Shown: in pieces, positions 43,095 through 55,849 of the stretch
Position numbering within the stretch: the first letter of the stretch is position 1
Layout: each line of letters begins with the position of its first letter
Source: Eledone cirrhosa
Lineage: Eukaryota
Length of the DNA: 64,000 nt
NCBI GenBank assembly: GCA_964016885.1
Contig: OZ024743.1
Location: forward strand, 173,228,001-173,292,000
Reading direction: 5' to 3'
The notes under the pieces: model-generated
The model's database searches: none
What the model was told of the DNA's origin: nothing
Seen by the model: only the letters and a program-made list of their open reading frames with translations
Position numbers and translations under genes: made by a program

Positions 43095-43721
43095 TATATT
43101 GAACTCCTTTAACCATCTTTTGATCTTATATTATATATATATATATATATATATATGAATATATATATATATATATATATATATAGATATATATATATAT
43201 ATATATATATGAATATATATATATATATATATGAATACATCCTTATGTTGTTTATTACATAATAATATATATATATATATGAATATATATATATATATGA
43301 ATATATATATATATATATATATATGAATATATATATATATGAATATATATATGAATATATGAATATATATATGAATATATATATATATATATATATGAAT
43401 ATATATATATATGAATATATATATGAATATATATGAATATATATATATATGAATATATATATATATATATATATGAATATATATATATATGAATATATAT
43501 ATGAATATATATATATAGTATTAGTTATACTATTTATGGTTACGTAAATACAAAACCTTATGCAGTTATAAGTATTTTACACACACCCTAAATAGTGGTA
43601 GGCAGTAATGTATTACTACCTTATTACCAGTAAGTTAAGTAGCTCAATGTAAAAACATCAGATGATTTACAGAGCAGTTATATGAAATATAAGAATCAAA
43701 GAACTGTTCAAAACATTATTG

Positions 43722-43768
43722 TGCTTACAGCTGTTTCCTCCAAACCGAGGTTTGGATTCTTCGGAGCA
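43722..43768 (-). ncRNA. Hammerhead-like motif, family G, with U4C core variant
   Basis: TGCT-CCGAAGA-A-TCCAAAC(ctcg)GTTTGGA-G-GAAA-CAGCTG-TA-AGCA. Confidence 0.7.
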
Positions 43769-45232
43769 ATTTATTAATGCATGGACAGTTATATGACCTC
43801 CTTTTCAGCCAAGAGACATACCGATACATATTCAAACATTGATACATATTCAAACATTGTGGGTCAACATTCATTACAGAATTTAGAGTGGCAGTACACA
43901 CTTCGAGATTACATTTATATTAAGAGGTACAATCAAAAATCAAGAATACAGGTTAAAATACAACATGAAGATAAGCGGTTATATAGTGCAATGTTATATG
44001 TGTGGTACGCATGTTCTTCTTGTTTATATAGTGTGGCAGAGAGATATGTGTGGTAGAGGCACTTAGGTAGGTAAACAAGTGTGTTAGGTTGGTAGATCTG
44101 GTGGCAAATTCCTTATATGATTGATATAGTCTGTGTGTGGAGAAAGGTTATAAGCATTAAAAATAGTGCAAGCATTAAAAGTGTTAAAAGTATAGGAGAT
44201 GCACAGCGAAGGGATGTCAAGTATTTCATGTACTTCGGCATTTTCATGGTCAGGGGAGTGTATTTTTCGATTATATGCCCCTCACATAATCCACGACAAT
44301 CCGATATTGTGCGTTTGACAATCCAGTTAGAGATCGTAGTCTGGAGTTCATTAGTTCAATACAGGAGGCTGTTACGTTTCGAGAAACGCCATTGTATACC
44401 ACCCGGAAGTGTGTGTGTGGCTAAGGGGAGTTAATGCATGCGGGGAGGTAACTCCGGGGTTTCTATACCCAGCTATTAAAATGTGTCACAATATAGACCC
44501 TAATTTCTATGGTGATGCGCATCCTCTAAGAACATTTTTAAAGCATAAAGTGTATTAACTATAGAGTAGTTTAATTAAGTTATGCTGAAGGTGATCATAT
44601 TATTTTGGTGAATTAACCGATCGTAAGGTGCCCCAAATGGAAATTATAGATGATGGGCGAGGATTCTAAATTAATGATCTCTGTGGTTGTAGTCTACTTA
44701 TAGGACCAGGCTCGGTGATTGCAGGATAGCTTCAGGACCCAATGATCTCTGGTAAGTTCTGGGTCATCGCTTGCTACATTGGATGTCGAAAGATAATCAT
44801 CCCCAGGCCGGCCAGAGGTCAATCCGCAGTCCACGCGACCCCTCTCTGACCGTCAGACCATCCATATATGTACAACCCGTACGGCAGTTGCAATGCATTC
44901 ACTCACTGCTCTCAGCAGCCTGGTCCTACTGCTCAACAGCGTAATTAGATTAAATCATTTTTCATCTATCTAAGGAAGGTGTTTCCTCTGCTCAACACTA
45001 TCCAACCGATCAATTCATGCTCAAATTACCTTTAGAGCGGTGTAGTGGCGTTCAAGTGGGTGGATGTTGTCACACCTGACGTAGAGGTATAAATGGGTAT
45101 TCTCCCTGCGAAGGGTTCCAGAGGGATGTCGTTTTTTGTGTTATAATAGAACAGTTAGTGTTGGGTATGTAGTATAAGGTGTGTCTCTGGTGTTTGATGC
45201 TGGATGTGGTGTTAGGTTCCAGTCCGACATTG

Positions 45233-46647
45233 CTATATATTGGGCTTAAAGTTTTGGAAGGAATGTCTGAAGCGGTGCTGGCAAGTTGCAAACACCTCAG
45301 ATTTTTTGTTAAGTAGGTTACGGTTGGAGAAGATAATATTGTGTGTCTCTAGTATACAGAGGTTACAAAATTTATTAGGTGGTTTGTACGAGGTCGCGCT
45401 GCCTATCACTTCCCATTTGAGTGTGTATGGTTTATTTTTAGTTTTTAGATAGTGTATGTAGCTAGAAAGTGAGGTGGAGTTTGCTAGGCTGTGCTTTTTG
45501 AACGAGTGGATGTGCGAATTATATCTGATTTTGAAGCAGTTAGAAGTGGAGCCTACATAGGTTTCTGAAGAGTTGTTAGTCGTGACGGTGCATGAGTATA
45601 TGATATCCTTGGTTAGGCATTTTTTATCTAAAGGGCAGGTTCTATTAGCTCTACAGTTACAATTATCCTGTGCGTTAGTCCGCTGGTTATAATGCAGTGC
45701 GGAAGTCTGTGTGGTAGCTATAGGATTTTGGGCGTTCGGGTTGACAACCCTGGTGTTATTACTTATACTAGTGTTATTTCTATTGTTACTGCCGTTGCTA
45801 TGGTTGCTTGCTACAGTGGTATTTAGAGGGTTTGCATCCCGTTGTGATTTTGTTTGTTGGAAGTAAGAACTAATTTTACTATTATTGCTGCTAGCTATGT
45901 GGTATGCTAAGTTAGGCGTCGTAGAGTATGAGATTTTAATGGTTTTTTTTGTTTAAGAGGTTGTGGTACTTGTGTCCTAGAGGGAAGTTTTTATCTAGTA
46001 GTGAGAAGAAAGCCCTAGGTATGTTGGTGGAGACATTTAGGTTGAAAGGAGGGTTGAAAAATGTATTATTTCTTCTTCTATTTTTGCTTTTAGTGTTTGG
46101 TGTGTTGCTACTTCCTAAGGCCCCACAGTAGTTTCCATGGTAATGGTTACTTCCGGTGGCATCCTCCGCTTTGGTGCACTTGTGGTTGCTATTCCTATTA
46201 TTAGGTTTCCTCATGGACATGTTGTGCGAGATGATGTTGTAGCTATGTGTTTTCTTAGGTAGGAACTCAATTTCTATATTATGGCCGGAGCTAGCTAATG
46301 CTTGATTGTAATATTGTGAGTTTTTGCTAAATATGTTTGCGTCATAGGACAGCCTAGAGATTCTATTGGACACCCCCTTAGAGATAGAGTTTAATATTGA
46401 TCTAGGGTGATTAGACTTGGTATCTACGTAAATAAGTTTCTCGTTAGGCTTATGGTAAGGTGTATATATTTTTGAGTCTAGGTATAGTGTGGCGTCTAGG
46501 AAGTTAACATTTTTAGTGTTTTTGTCCATGGTGATACTAAGGTTAAAGTTTTTGAATGTCTTATGAAACTGTTTTCTAGTTCTTTCTATATTAAATTTTT
46601 TATATTCTATAAGTAGAAGTGCATCATCGCGGTACAAACCACCGTTG
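45233..46647 (-). pseudogene. PLE RT C-terminus plus GIY-YIG, with +1 frameshift in an A-run near 45945
   Basis: [15 protein letters not shown]; after the shift ISYSTTPNL, CNCRANRTCPLDKKCL, TYVGSTSNCFKIRYNSH, CNLCILE, CQH. Confidence 0.9.
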
Positions 46648-46673
46648 AATATATATATATATATATATATATA

Positions 46674-46727
<54 letters not shown>

Positions 46728-46859
46728 TATATATATATATATATATATGAATATATATATATATATATATATATATGAATATATATATATATATATGAAT
46801 ATATATATATATATATATATATGAATATATATATATATATATATATATGAATATATATA

Positions 46860-46901
<42 letters not shown>

Positions 46902-46931
46902 TATATATATATATATGAATATATATATATA

Positions 46932-46965
<34 letters not shown>

Positions 46966-46977
46966 TATATATATATA

Positions 46978-47021
<44 letters not shown>

Positions 47022-47049
47022 TATATATATATATGAATATATATATATA

Positions 47050-47111
<62 letters not shown>

Positions 47112-47123
47112 TATATATATATA

Positions 47124-47197
<74 letters not shown>

Positions 47198-47202
47198 GAA
47201 TA

Positions 47203-47892
47203 TACCGATAAATTAACGGAGGCATAGGCCGTCGTTATTCCCTGTAAATAATGTGCTCAAAGGGGAAGAGATCCTGAGCTCTTTAAAATATAATATGTTG
47301 AGAAGGTAACACACCAGAGAGAGATATATAGTGTGTTATCAATAATACAGGGAAAAAACCACCAGTGTATGGAATCTATAACCTATGAAAGGCAGACTAT
47401 AGACACGATAATTAAAAATATAAATTAAAGCGTAAATAAATACCTCTATAACTATATAACACACGTACAAATCCAAAGATATGTTTCACCAAAAAATTTG
47501 TTGAAAGAAATGGTCTAGTCTCGGTTCATCAGCGTGTGTAAGGCCATACATTTCAGACAACACTAAGAGAATTTTACAATTGACTGTCCAGCTACACGTG
47601 GGAGAGAGAAGTCACAGCGTGTTTAAGGGCAGTGAACCAGTGGCCTCTGAGAGACGAACTGCTAGAAAGGGCAGCCCAAAGCCACTCAGAGAAGTGTGCT
47701 CAACCAAACAGAGATAGGAAAGACTGTTATTAGGAGCGATAAATATTTACGCTTTAATTTATATTTTTAATTATCGTGTCTATAGTCTGCCTTTCATAGG
47801 TTATAGATTCCATACACTGGTGGTTTTTTCCCTGTATTATTGATAACACACTATATACCTCTCTCTGGTGTGTTACCTTCTCAACATATTAT
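47203..47892 (-). mobile_element. ORF-less pLTR-like element (family H) with about 150-bp inverted repeat and HHR
   Basis: 47288-47438 is inverted at 47744-47893; embedded in TA arrays. Confidence 0.72.
47459..47539 (-). ncRNA. Full-size type I hammerhead ribozyme, family H
   Basis: ACACACG-CTGATGA-ACCGAGA...TTTTGGT-GAAA-CAtATC(tttg)GATtTG-TA-CGTGTGT. Confidence 0.85.
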
Positions 47893-47969
47893 ATATGAAT
47901 ATATATATATATGAATATATATATATATGAATATATATATATATGAATATATATATATATATATATATA

Positions 47970-48013
<44 letters not shown>

Positions 48014-48017
<4 letters not shown>

Positions 48018-50284
48018 GAGAGTAAAACAAAGAAGCCTTTTATACATCAAAAGTTTTTATTAGCCGACAATGTTTCATCCTATTAAGGACTCATCAGGGC
48101 AATTAAAACAACAAGAAGTAATATCGGCAGATACAAGCCGGAAGCTCCGAAGAATATGGAGTGTACATACACTAAAGTCTTGCAAAAATATATAATAAAA
48201 ATAATAAAAATATATAAGAATAACTAAGGATGTATATAACATTAAGAACCATATTACAAATATAGTCCAAAGCAAATAACCTAGAGCTAAACAAAGGTGG
48301 TTATATAGAGCAGGAATTATATATAACACAATGTAATATAATATAATACATTATAATAATATACCTTTACCAACATTAAAATTACAATAAAAATCAAAAG
48401 GTACAATATGTACATGTATATATGTGCGCACACGCACACACACACACACATACAACAATACGCACATCTATCTTCAACTACACAAATTACACAAATTAAA
48501 CCTTATTAGGAGTTTGAATATAAAAATAAGCATGATAAGAGTGAAAATAATAATAATAATAATACCAATACATCTACCCAATATACATGAGGTAATAATA
48601 TGATATAATTACAAGAAACACATATAATAAATAATAAACAATAAAATTATATAATTCCATATAATAGATAATCCCCGGTTTATTTACGCAAACAATATAG
48701 ATGTCACAATAATAATATAATAATAATATATATTAACAATGTACTAACATTTACAATAAACAATATATACAAATCGATTCATACTGGGTTACAGAGTAAA
48801 TGAGGAAAGATAAATCATACAATACTCAAAAAACATTATGATGGTACAGAAAAAAATACAGACATCATACATGATATATAAAGTTTAAATATCATAATGT
48901 TACATATAATGAACAGTAAGTAATAAGGATCAATATTACAATACAATATAATATAATATATTATATAAAATAAATTGACATAAAATAATATATAAAAATA
49001 CTTATAATTACAAGGTTAGTAGACAGACATATGTGGATGTGTAAGTAAGTGCCAGACAGTGAATAGTAAATAGTAAATATGATGCCCAGTAGTATTTCAA
49101 ATAAAATATAGAATATAAAATATAGAATAAAATAAATAAATAGAATCAACCGGAAATTACAAAACAAAAACAAATATATACATTTAAGGTCTCACATGCG
49201 GTTAAGTAGTTAGGTAAAAACTAAGGAAAACAATCCCTGTAAATGACTCAAAACCATATTTGATAAATTAATATTAAAAATATTTAAGCTATCCAATAAG
49301 GTAGTATAATATTAGCTATAGTTTAAGTCGTTAAAGTTTATAAACTTTAATGTTTCGTTACAAATGTTTACAAAAAGGAATGAAATTTTTTACTATCATA
49401 TACATAACGATATCTAAAAAACTGACTTAAGTAGAATTAAGGTAGGCTAATGGGGACAGAATTGAAGAAATATATGGAGGATGCAAAGGGGCATAACATA
49501 TAGTCGATATACTATAATAAATAATAGAACGGAGCGTAAAAGAGGGGGGGTTAAATATAATCATAGTCAATTTGGAGGGGTTGACAATAAGTTTATGTGC
49601 GCATGGGGGGAGGGGAGGGGGGTATCCAAAGATGAATCTGAATAAAAATAAAAATAAAATTAAAAATAAAAATAAAAATGAAGATAATAATAAAATAAAG
49701 TAAATGGCGTAAAGTATGTAATCTTATATATATTCACAAGGTGTAATAGTGAAAATTTAATGCGTAAGAAGAAAGATATGGTACAGTAGCCAAATGATTA
49801 TGAGAGCTAGAATAAAGAGTCATCAAAAACCAATGATAATAATGATGATAATAATAATGTTGGCAAACAAAAGAACCTAAACTAAAAAATAAGTAATGGA
49901 ATATATCTGCTAATGGGTACAATTTGTACTACTAGAACGTTTGGGTTTATAATAAAAGTAAGAATTAGAAATAGCGTGGGGGCAAGAAGAGAATATCTCA
50001 GACTTTCTATTAAGTAAGGATACGCTAGAGAAAATTATAGAGTGTGTCTCAAGGATACAGAGATTACAAAACTTAGTATGTGTAGAAAGGTGGTTAGAGC
50101 GTGCTACTAAACGCCAGTTAAGGCTATATGGTATATAAGCTCCCTTAAGATCCCAGATATAATGTGCTAAAGAAGTAGAATTCTTAAACTTAACATGTTT
50201 GAAGTTAGAGATATGAGAGTTAAACCTAGTCTTAAAAGTGTTTGAAGTAGATCCTATATAAGTTCTATTAGAGGAATTAGTTAT
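48014..50284 (-). mobile_element. Diverged second family B PLE 3' fragment (GIY-YIG end about 49910-50284)
   Basis: Colinear with 18267-20700; same 3' terminus (..ACTCTCTTAA) into the TA array. Confidence 0.9.
48063..48100 (-). ncRNA. Hammerhead ribozyme, family B
   Basis: GCC-CTGATGA-GTCCT(taat)AGGAT-GAAA-CATTG-TC-GGC. Confidence 0.83.
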
Positions 50285-50326
50285 TATATATATATATATG
50301 AATATATATAAATATATATTTATATA

Positions 50327-50408
<82 letters not shown>

Positions 50409-50421
50409 TATATGTATATGA

Positions 50422-50544
<123 letters not shown>

Positions 50545-50574
50545 TATATATATATATATATATATATATTGGGC

Positions 50575-50698
50575 TTCCACTGATGATTTATAAACGCCCA
50601 CCTAAATATATTCTAACATGAATGTATATTAGGCTTCTACATAAACTGGAAATATTCTCCGAATTTGTAGAAAATTATAATGAAACAATTGTTTGGAA
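50575..50698 (+). ncRNA. Type I hammerhead ribozyme with branched about 95-nt stem II (in island 50570-50885)
   Basis: TTCCA-CTGATGA-T-TTATAA[two hairpins]TTATAA-T-GAAA-CAATTG-TT-TGGAA. Confidence 0.8.
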
Positions 50699-50885
50699 AG
50701 AGAGATATATTTTAACTTTAATTATATCTCATAAAATAATACAACTGGCTTTTCCACATAATACATATTGTTAGCACCCCAAACAGTTAAATTGGGTTTA
50801 TATTAAAATATAACCTAATGTTTGTTGAGTGAGATGATTACCAGTCAGAGATTAGCTTTGAACTATCTCTGTTATTGTATTAATA

Positions 50886-50892
50886 TTATATA

Positions 50893-50956
<64 letters not shown>

Positions 50957-50992
50957 TATATATATATATATATATGAATATATATATATATA

Positions 50993-51046
<54 letters not shown>

Positions 51047-51090
51047 TATATATATATATATATATATATGAATATATATATATATATATA

Positions 51091-51130
<40 letters not shown>

Positions 51131-51197
51131 TATATATATATATATATGAATATATATATATATATATATATGAATATATATATATATATATATATGA

Positions 51198-51242
<45 letters not shown>

Positions 51243-51268
51243 GAATATATATATATATATATATATGA

Positions 51269-51302
<34 letters not shown>

Positions 51303-51307
51303 GTATG

Positions 51308-51340
<33 letters not shown>

Positions 51341-51345
51341 GTATG

Positions 51346-51380
<35 letters not shown>

Positions 51381-51429
51381 GTATATATATATGTATGTAT
51401 ATATATATGTATATATGTATATATGTATG

Positions 51430-51469
<40 letters not shown>

Positions 51470-52107
51470 TGTATATATGTATATATATATGTATATATAT
51501 ATGTATGTATATATATATATGTATATATGTATATATATATGTATATATATATATGTATATATATATGTATATATATATGTATGTATATATATATATATGT
51601 ATATATATATATGTATATATATATATGTGTATATATATGTAAATATGTATATATATATATATGTATATATATGTAAATATATATATATATATATGTATAT
51701 ATATGTAAATATATATATGTATATATATATATATGTATATATATGTATATATATGTATGTATATATATGTATATATATGTATGTATATATATATTTATGT
51801 ATATATATGTATATGTATGTATATATATATATGTATGTATATATATGTATATATATATATATATATATATGTATATGTATATATATGTATATATATGTAT
51901 ATATATATATGTATATATATATGTATATATATGTATATATATGTATATATGTATGTATATATATATGTATGTATATATATATGTATGTATATATATATAT
52001 GTATATATATATGTATATATGTATGTATATATATATGTATGTATATGTATATGTATGTATATATATATATGTATATATATATATGTATGTATATATATAT
52101 ATGTATG

Positions 52108-52140
<33 letters not shown>

Positions 52141-52243
52141 GTATGTATATATATATGTATTTATATATATGTATATATATATGTATATATATATATATGT
52201 ATGTATATATATATATGTATATATATATGTATTTATATATATG

Positions 52244-52274
<31 letters not shown>

Positions 52275-52279
52275 GTATG

Positions 52280-52310
<31 letters not shown>

Positions 52311-52394
52311 GTATGTATATATATATGTATGTATATATATGTATATATATATATATGTATATGTATATATATATGTATGTATATATATATATAA

Positions 52395-52446
<52 letters not shown>
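50886..52446. repeat. Microsatellite switching from (TA)n-GA to (TA)n-TG near 51290
   Basis: Direct reading. Confidence 0.97.
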
Positions 52447-52450
<4 letters not shown>

Positions 52451-52577
52451 GAGAGAATTGGGAGTGTGTAACACTCCACTTATCAAATAAGCAGTATATG
52501 GTTAGCTCAATGTCAGAGGACAGAGCCGTAATACAATTAACAACAAAGAGCGCTTAGAACATAGGTATATCTTTAAT

Positions 52578-52623
52578 TGCTAACAGTGTTTCGTCCACAC
52601 TAGAAGTGGGACTCTTCAGAGCA
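52578..52623 (-). ncRNA. Minimal type I hammerhead ribozyme (in island 52447-52976)
   Basis: TGCT-CTGAAGA-GTCCCACT(tct)AGTGtGGAC-GAAA-CACTG-TT-AGCA. Confidence 0.83.
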
Positions 52624-53133
52624 TAAAGAGTAAATACATAGTATACAAGCATTGACAAAGCCAAAACAGAAGAATATATGTGGGGATACCATAAGTTGGG
52701 AGGAGTTTAAAGAGTAAAGTAAAAGGAGTAAAATAAGAAAAGAGTAAAATAAAAATAAAAATAAAAATAAAAATAAAAATAAAAATAAAAATGAAAAATA
52801 AGATGTTATCACTCACAGTTGGGCAGGGTTCCGTTAACATACAGCAACATACAAGTATACGCATAAGCATGAGCACCCGCATGCACCTACACACAAGCAC
52901 CCGTATGCAACACATACAGTATCATTTTTATTTTTATTTTTATTTTTATTTTACTCTTTTCTTATTTTACTCCTTTATATATATGTAAATTTTGAGTATA
53001 TGTTGGTTATATACCAACATGATTCCAGTTCCTCAGTGAAATAACAACCCAACCACGAAATGGGCATATCAGAGTATTGACAAAGTTATACACTTCAACA
53101 ACATGTGTACTCGTCTCTACCACACTAATTCGG

Positions 53134-53188
53134 ACTGCCTGAAGAGGTCACAGCCAAAGATGGCAGTCACCGAAATATATATAGCAGT
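53134..53188 (+). ncRNA. Minimal type I hammerhead ribozyme (in island 52985-53240)
   Basis: ACTGC-CTGAAGA-GGT..GCCA(aaga)TGGC..ACC-GAAA-TATATA-TA-GCAGT. Confidence 0.87.
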
Positions 53189-53245
53189 AATAAACGAAGC
53201 CAAATTTTAAAAATTTGACTTATTCATTTTATTTTATTTCATATA

Positions 53246-53312
<67 letters not shown>

Positions 53313-53323
<11 letters not shown>

Positions 53324-54062
53324 CGAGGATGTGTGTGTGTTCGTGTACAAATTTGGACACCTAAGTCTTTTACATTTCCCAACCGAATTTGACCAAATTT
53401 TCTGTGCACGTTGCACCTGTCGCTAAGATCGTCACATCACAATCTTTTTTTCAAATCGACCCAGGTTGAGCAATAAAAAATCAATATCAAAATTGATAGC
53501 CAAATTATTTTTTCTGAAGTGCATGATATAAGGGAGATAACAATGAAGACAAAATCCTTATGGTATTTTCCATGCAAATTAAAAGTTGCAATTACTTTTA
53601 CATTTTTCGAGCTTTTTTTACCAAATGTGAGGCAGGCTTTGCCTATGGCGTCGAGGTAATACAAGAAGATTATTTTTTCTAAAGTGTATGCTGTAAGGGA
53701 GAAATCAATCTAAAAACAATCCTTATGGGACTTTCCATTCAAACCGTTGGGTCCTACAACTTTTAGATTTTTTAAATAATTTCGTCCACATTTGAGGCAG
53801 GCATTATCTATGCTTCCAGGATATTGTGAATTTATTTTAAAAACTATTATTACAATGAAGAAATCAGTAAAAGCAAAATTTTCCTTCATTATCAGCATAG
53901 TTTTATGTGTACAAAGATTGCACTAAATATTTGTTTGCATTAATTATGTAAGACTTCTGCTTATTTTGACAAGTTGGGCACAAATAATTTTCTTCTTTTA
54001 CTTCCTAGCTGTATATTCTTAGCATAATTTCAAACCCGGGCAACGCCGGATAAATCTGCTAG
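53313..54062 (+). mobile_element. Non-autonomous Helitron
   Basis: 5' tatataaaagcgaggatgtgtgtgt; 3' hairpin CCGG-gcaacg-CCGG (54036-54049) then CTAG followed by T; 5' boundary approximate. Confidence 0.7.
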
Positions 54063-54559
54063 TATATATATATAGATATATAGAGGGAGCTCATAGATAG
54101 GACAACACATGGTTTTTCGTGGGGGTAAGTTTTTACTAATTTTCGTATTCTGAAAGACCAAAATACAACCAAAATTTTTGCTTATTGAACACCAGGAATG
54201 TTCTGACAAAAGCTGTGGAAGCTACAGAAATATTTCATATATTCTTCCAGAGCAATCTCTATTTTTAAAAAATTACATTTTGTGCTTACCTGTCCGCCAT
54301 TGCAAAAGGTCATAAATTCAAATTTTGAAAAGAGGAAAAGGGAACAAGTGAACTATGAACTTGTACATCTCACTGCTCACCGCCACCACAATAACGTCTA
54401 CATTCGCTCCCCACCACCACCACATAACTCATTACCCTATTTAAGGTGGCTGATCTGTTGAAAAACTGCTAACTCCTTTGATGTATGTATGTGTATATAT
54501 ATATATGTATATGTGTGTATATATGTATATATATATCTCAGTGGATGCCACCAGATTTC

Positions 54560-55280
54560 AACACAGCAACAACTACAACAACAACAACAGCAACTACAAC
54601 AGCAGCGGCAACAACAACAACAGCAATAACACCATTGTCTGTGTTGAATGTGTGTGTGTGTATGTATATATATAGATGTGTATATATATATATATGTGTA
54701 TATATCACACGCGAAGCGAACACATTTCAAATTTTCAACCCAGCGACTACAGCAACAGCACCATTGTCTGCAGCAGCATCAGTGAAATGAACAACAACAA
54801 TAACAACGACAACAACAACAACTGCCACCACCATCACTGACATCATGCACCACCACCACCACCATACTGACACCATCCACCACCACATCCACCACTATCA
54901 CCATCCACGACCTTCACCACCACTACTACCACCACCACCATCACTGTCACCATCCATCACCACCACCATCACTTTCACCATCCACCACCACCACTATCAC
55001 CATCACTGACACCATCCACCACATTCACCACCACTACCACCATCACTGTCACCATCCACCACCACCATCCACCACCTTCACCACCATCCACCACCTTCAC
55101 CACCATCCACCACCTTCACCACCACCATCCCTGGCACCATCCACCACCATCACGGGTACCATCCACCATCACTGATACAAACCGCCACCACCAGGCTTCA
55201 CAATCACTGACACCATCCACCACCAATACCACCACCCAACACCATTCACCACCATCCACCTCCACCACCATCACCAGCGA
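54560..55280. repeat. Degenerate (CAA/CAG)n and (CAC/CAT)n trinucleotide repeats
   Basis: Direct reading. Confidence 0.9.
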
Positions 55281-55310
55281 TCAGGCCTTAAAAACAACTA
55301 TAATAATAAT

Positions 55311-55470
55311 TGTTTCTACTTTTTGGCACAAGGCCAGCAATTACCAGTGCATTACTGGTACTTTATTTTATCGACCCCGTAAAGATGAAAGGCAAAGTTA
55401 ACCTCGACGGGATTTTAACTCAAACCGTAAAGGGACATAACTATGCTAGAAAGCATGGCGTTCAACCCTC
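55311..55470 (-). mobile_element. Degenerate tRNA-derived cephalopod-type SINE fragment
   Basis: ggtactttattttatcgaccccgtaaagatgaaaggcaaagttaacctcgacgggattttaactc resembles abundant Octopus SINEs (recalled, not searched). Confidence 0.6.
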
Positions 55471-55849
55471 TACTGATACTGCCAAATACTAAATAACTAT
55501 TCTGTTCTTGGCACGGGGCAGCAATTGTCCCAACGCATTGCTGGTGCCTTGTTTTTTGGGTCCGGAGAGTGGAGAGTCGTTGCTCTTTGCTGTAAAGCAA
55601 ACAATTATTATTATTGTTATATAAAAACTGAACTGGACTGGGAAAAGTCAACAGTTGACATGATTTTGATTTTGTATCAGTACTGGCGGTAATATATATA
55701 TATATGTATGTGTTTGTGTGTGTGAGTGTTTGTATGTATGAATGTTGGTGTGTGAGTGACATGTGTATTTGTAGTTTGTATGCATGAGTGTTGGTGTGTG
55801 AGTGAGTGTGTGTGTGTGCCGTGAGTGTCAATAAGTGGGGGTATTTTTT

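Larger units (their letters stand above)
40509..43131 (+). mobile_element. 5'-truncated Naiad-type PLE (family F) with about 510-bp inverted pLTR
   Basis: About 40598-41105 is the reverse complement of about 42624-43131; internal duplication of about 235 bp at 41842/42077. Confidence 0.9.
43517..46647 (-). mobile_element. 5'-truncated Naiad-type PLE (family G)
   Basis: RT/EN ORF, about 1.7-kb 3' UTR, HHR-like motif near the 3' end; TA arrays on both sides. Confidence 0.88.

Noticed and set aside
54080-54440. Possible MITE or DNA transposon fragment
   Set aside because: No matching terminal inverted repeat or TSD could be identified by eye
54560-55280. His/Thr/Gln-rich coding exon
   Set aside because: Degenerate trinucleotide repeats with no supported frame or splice context
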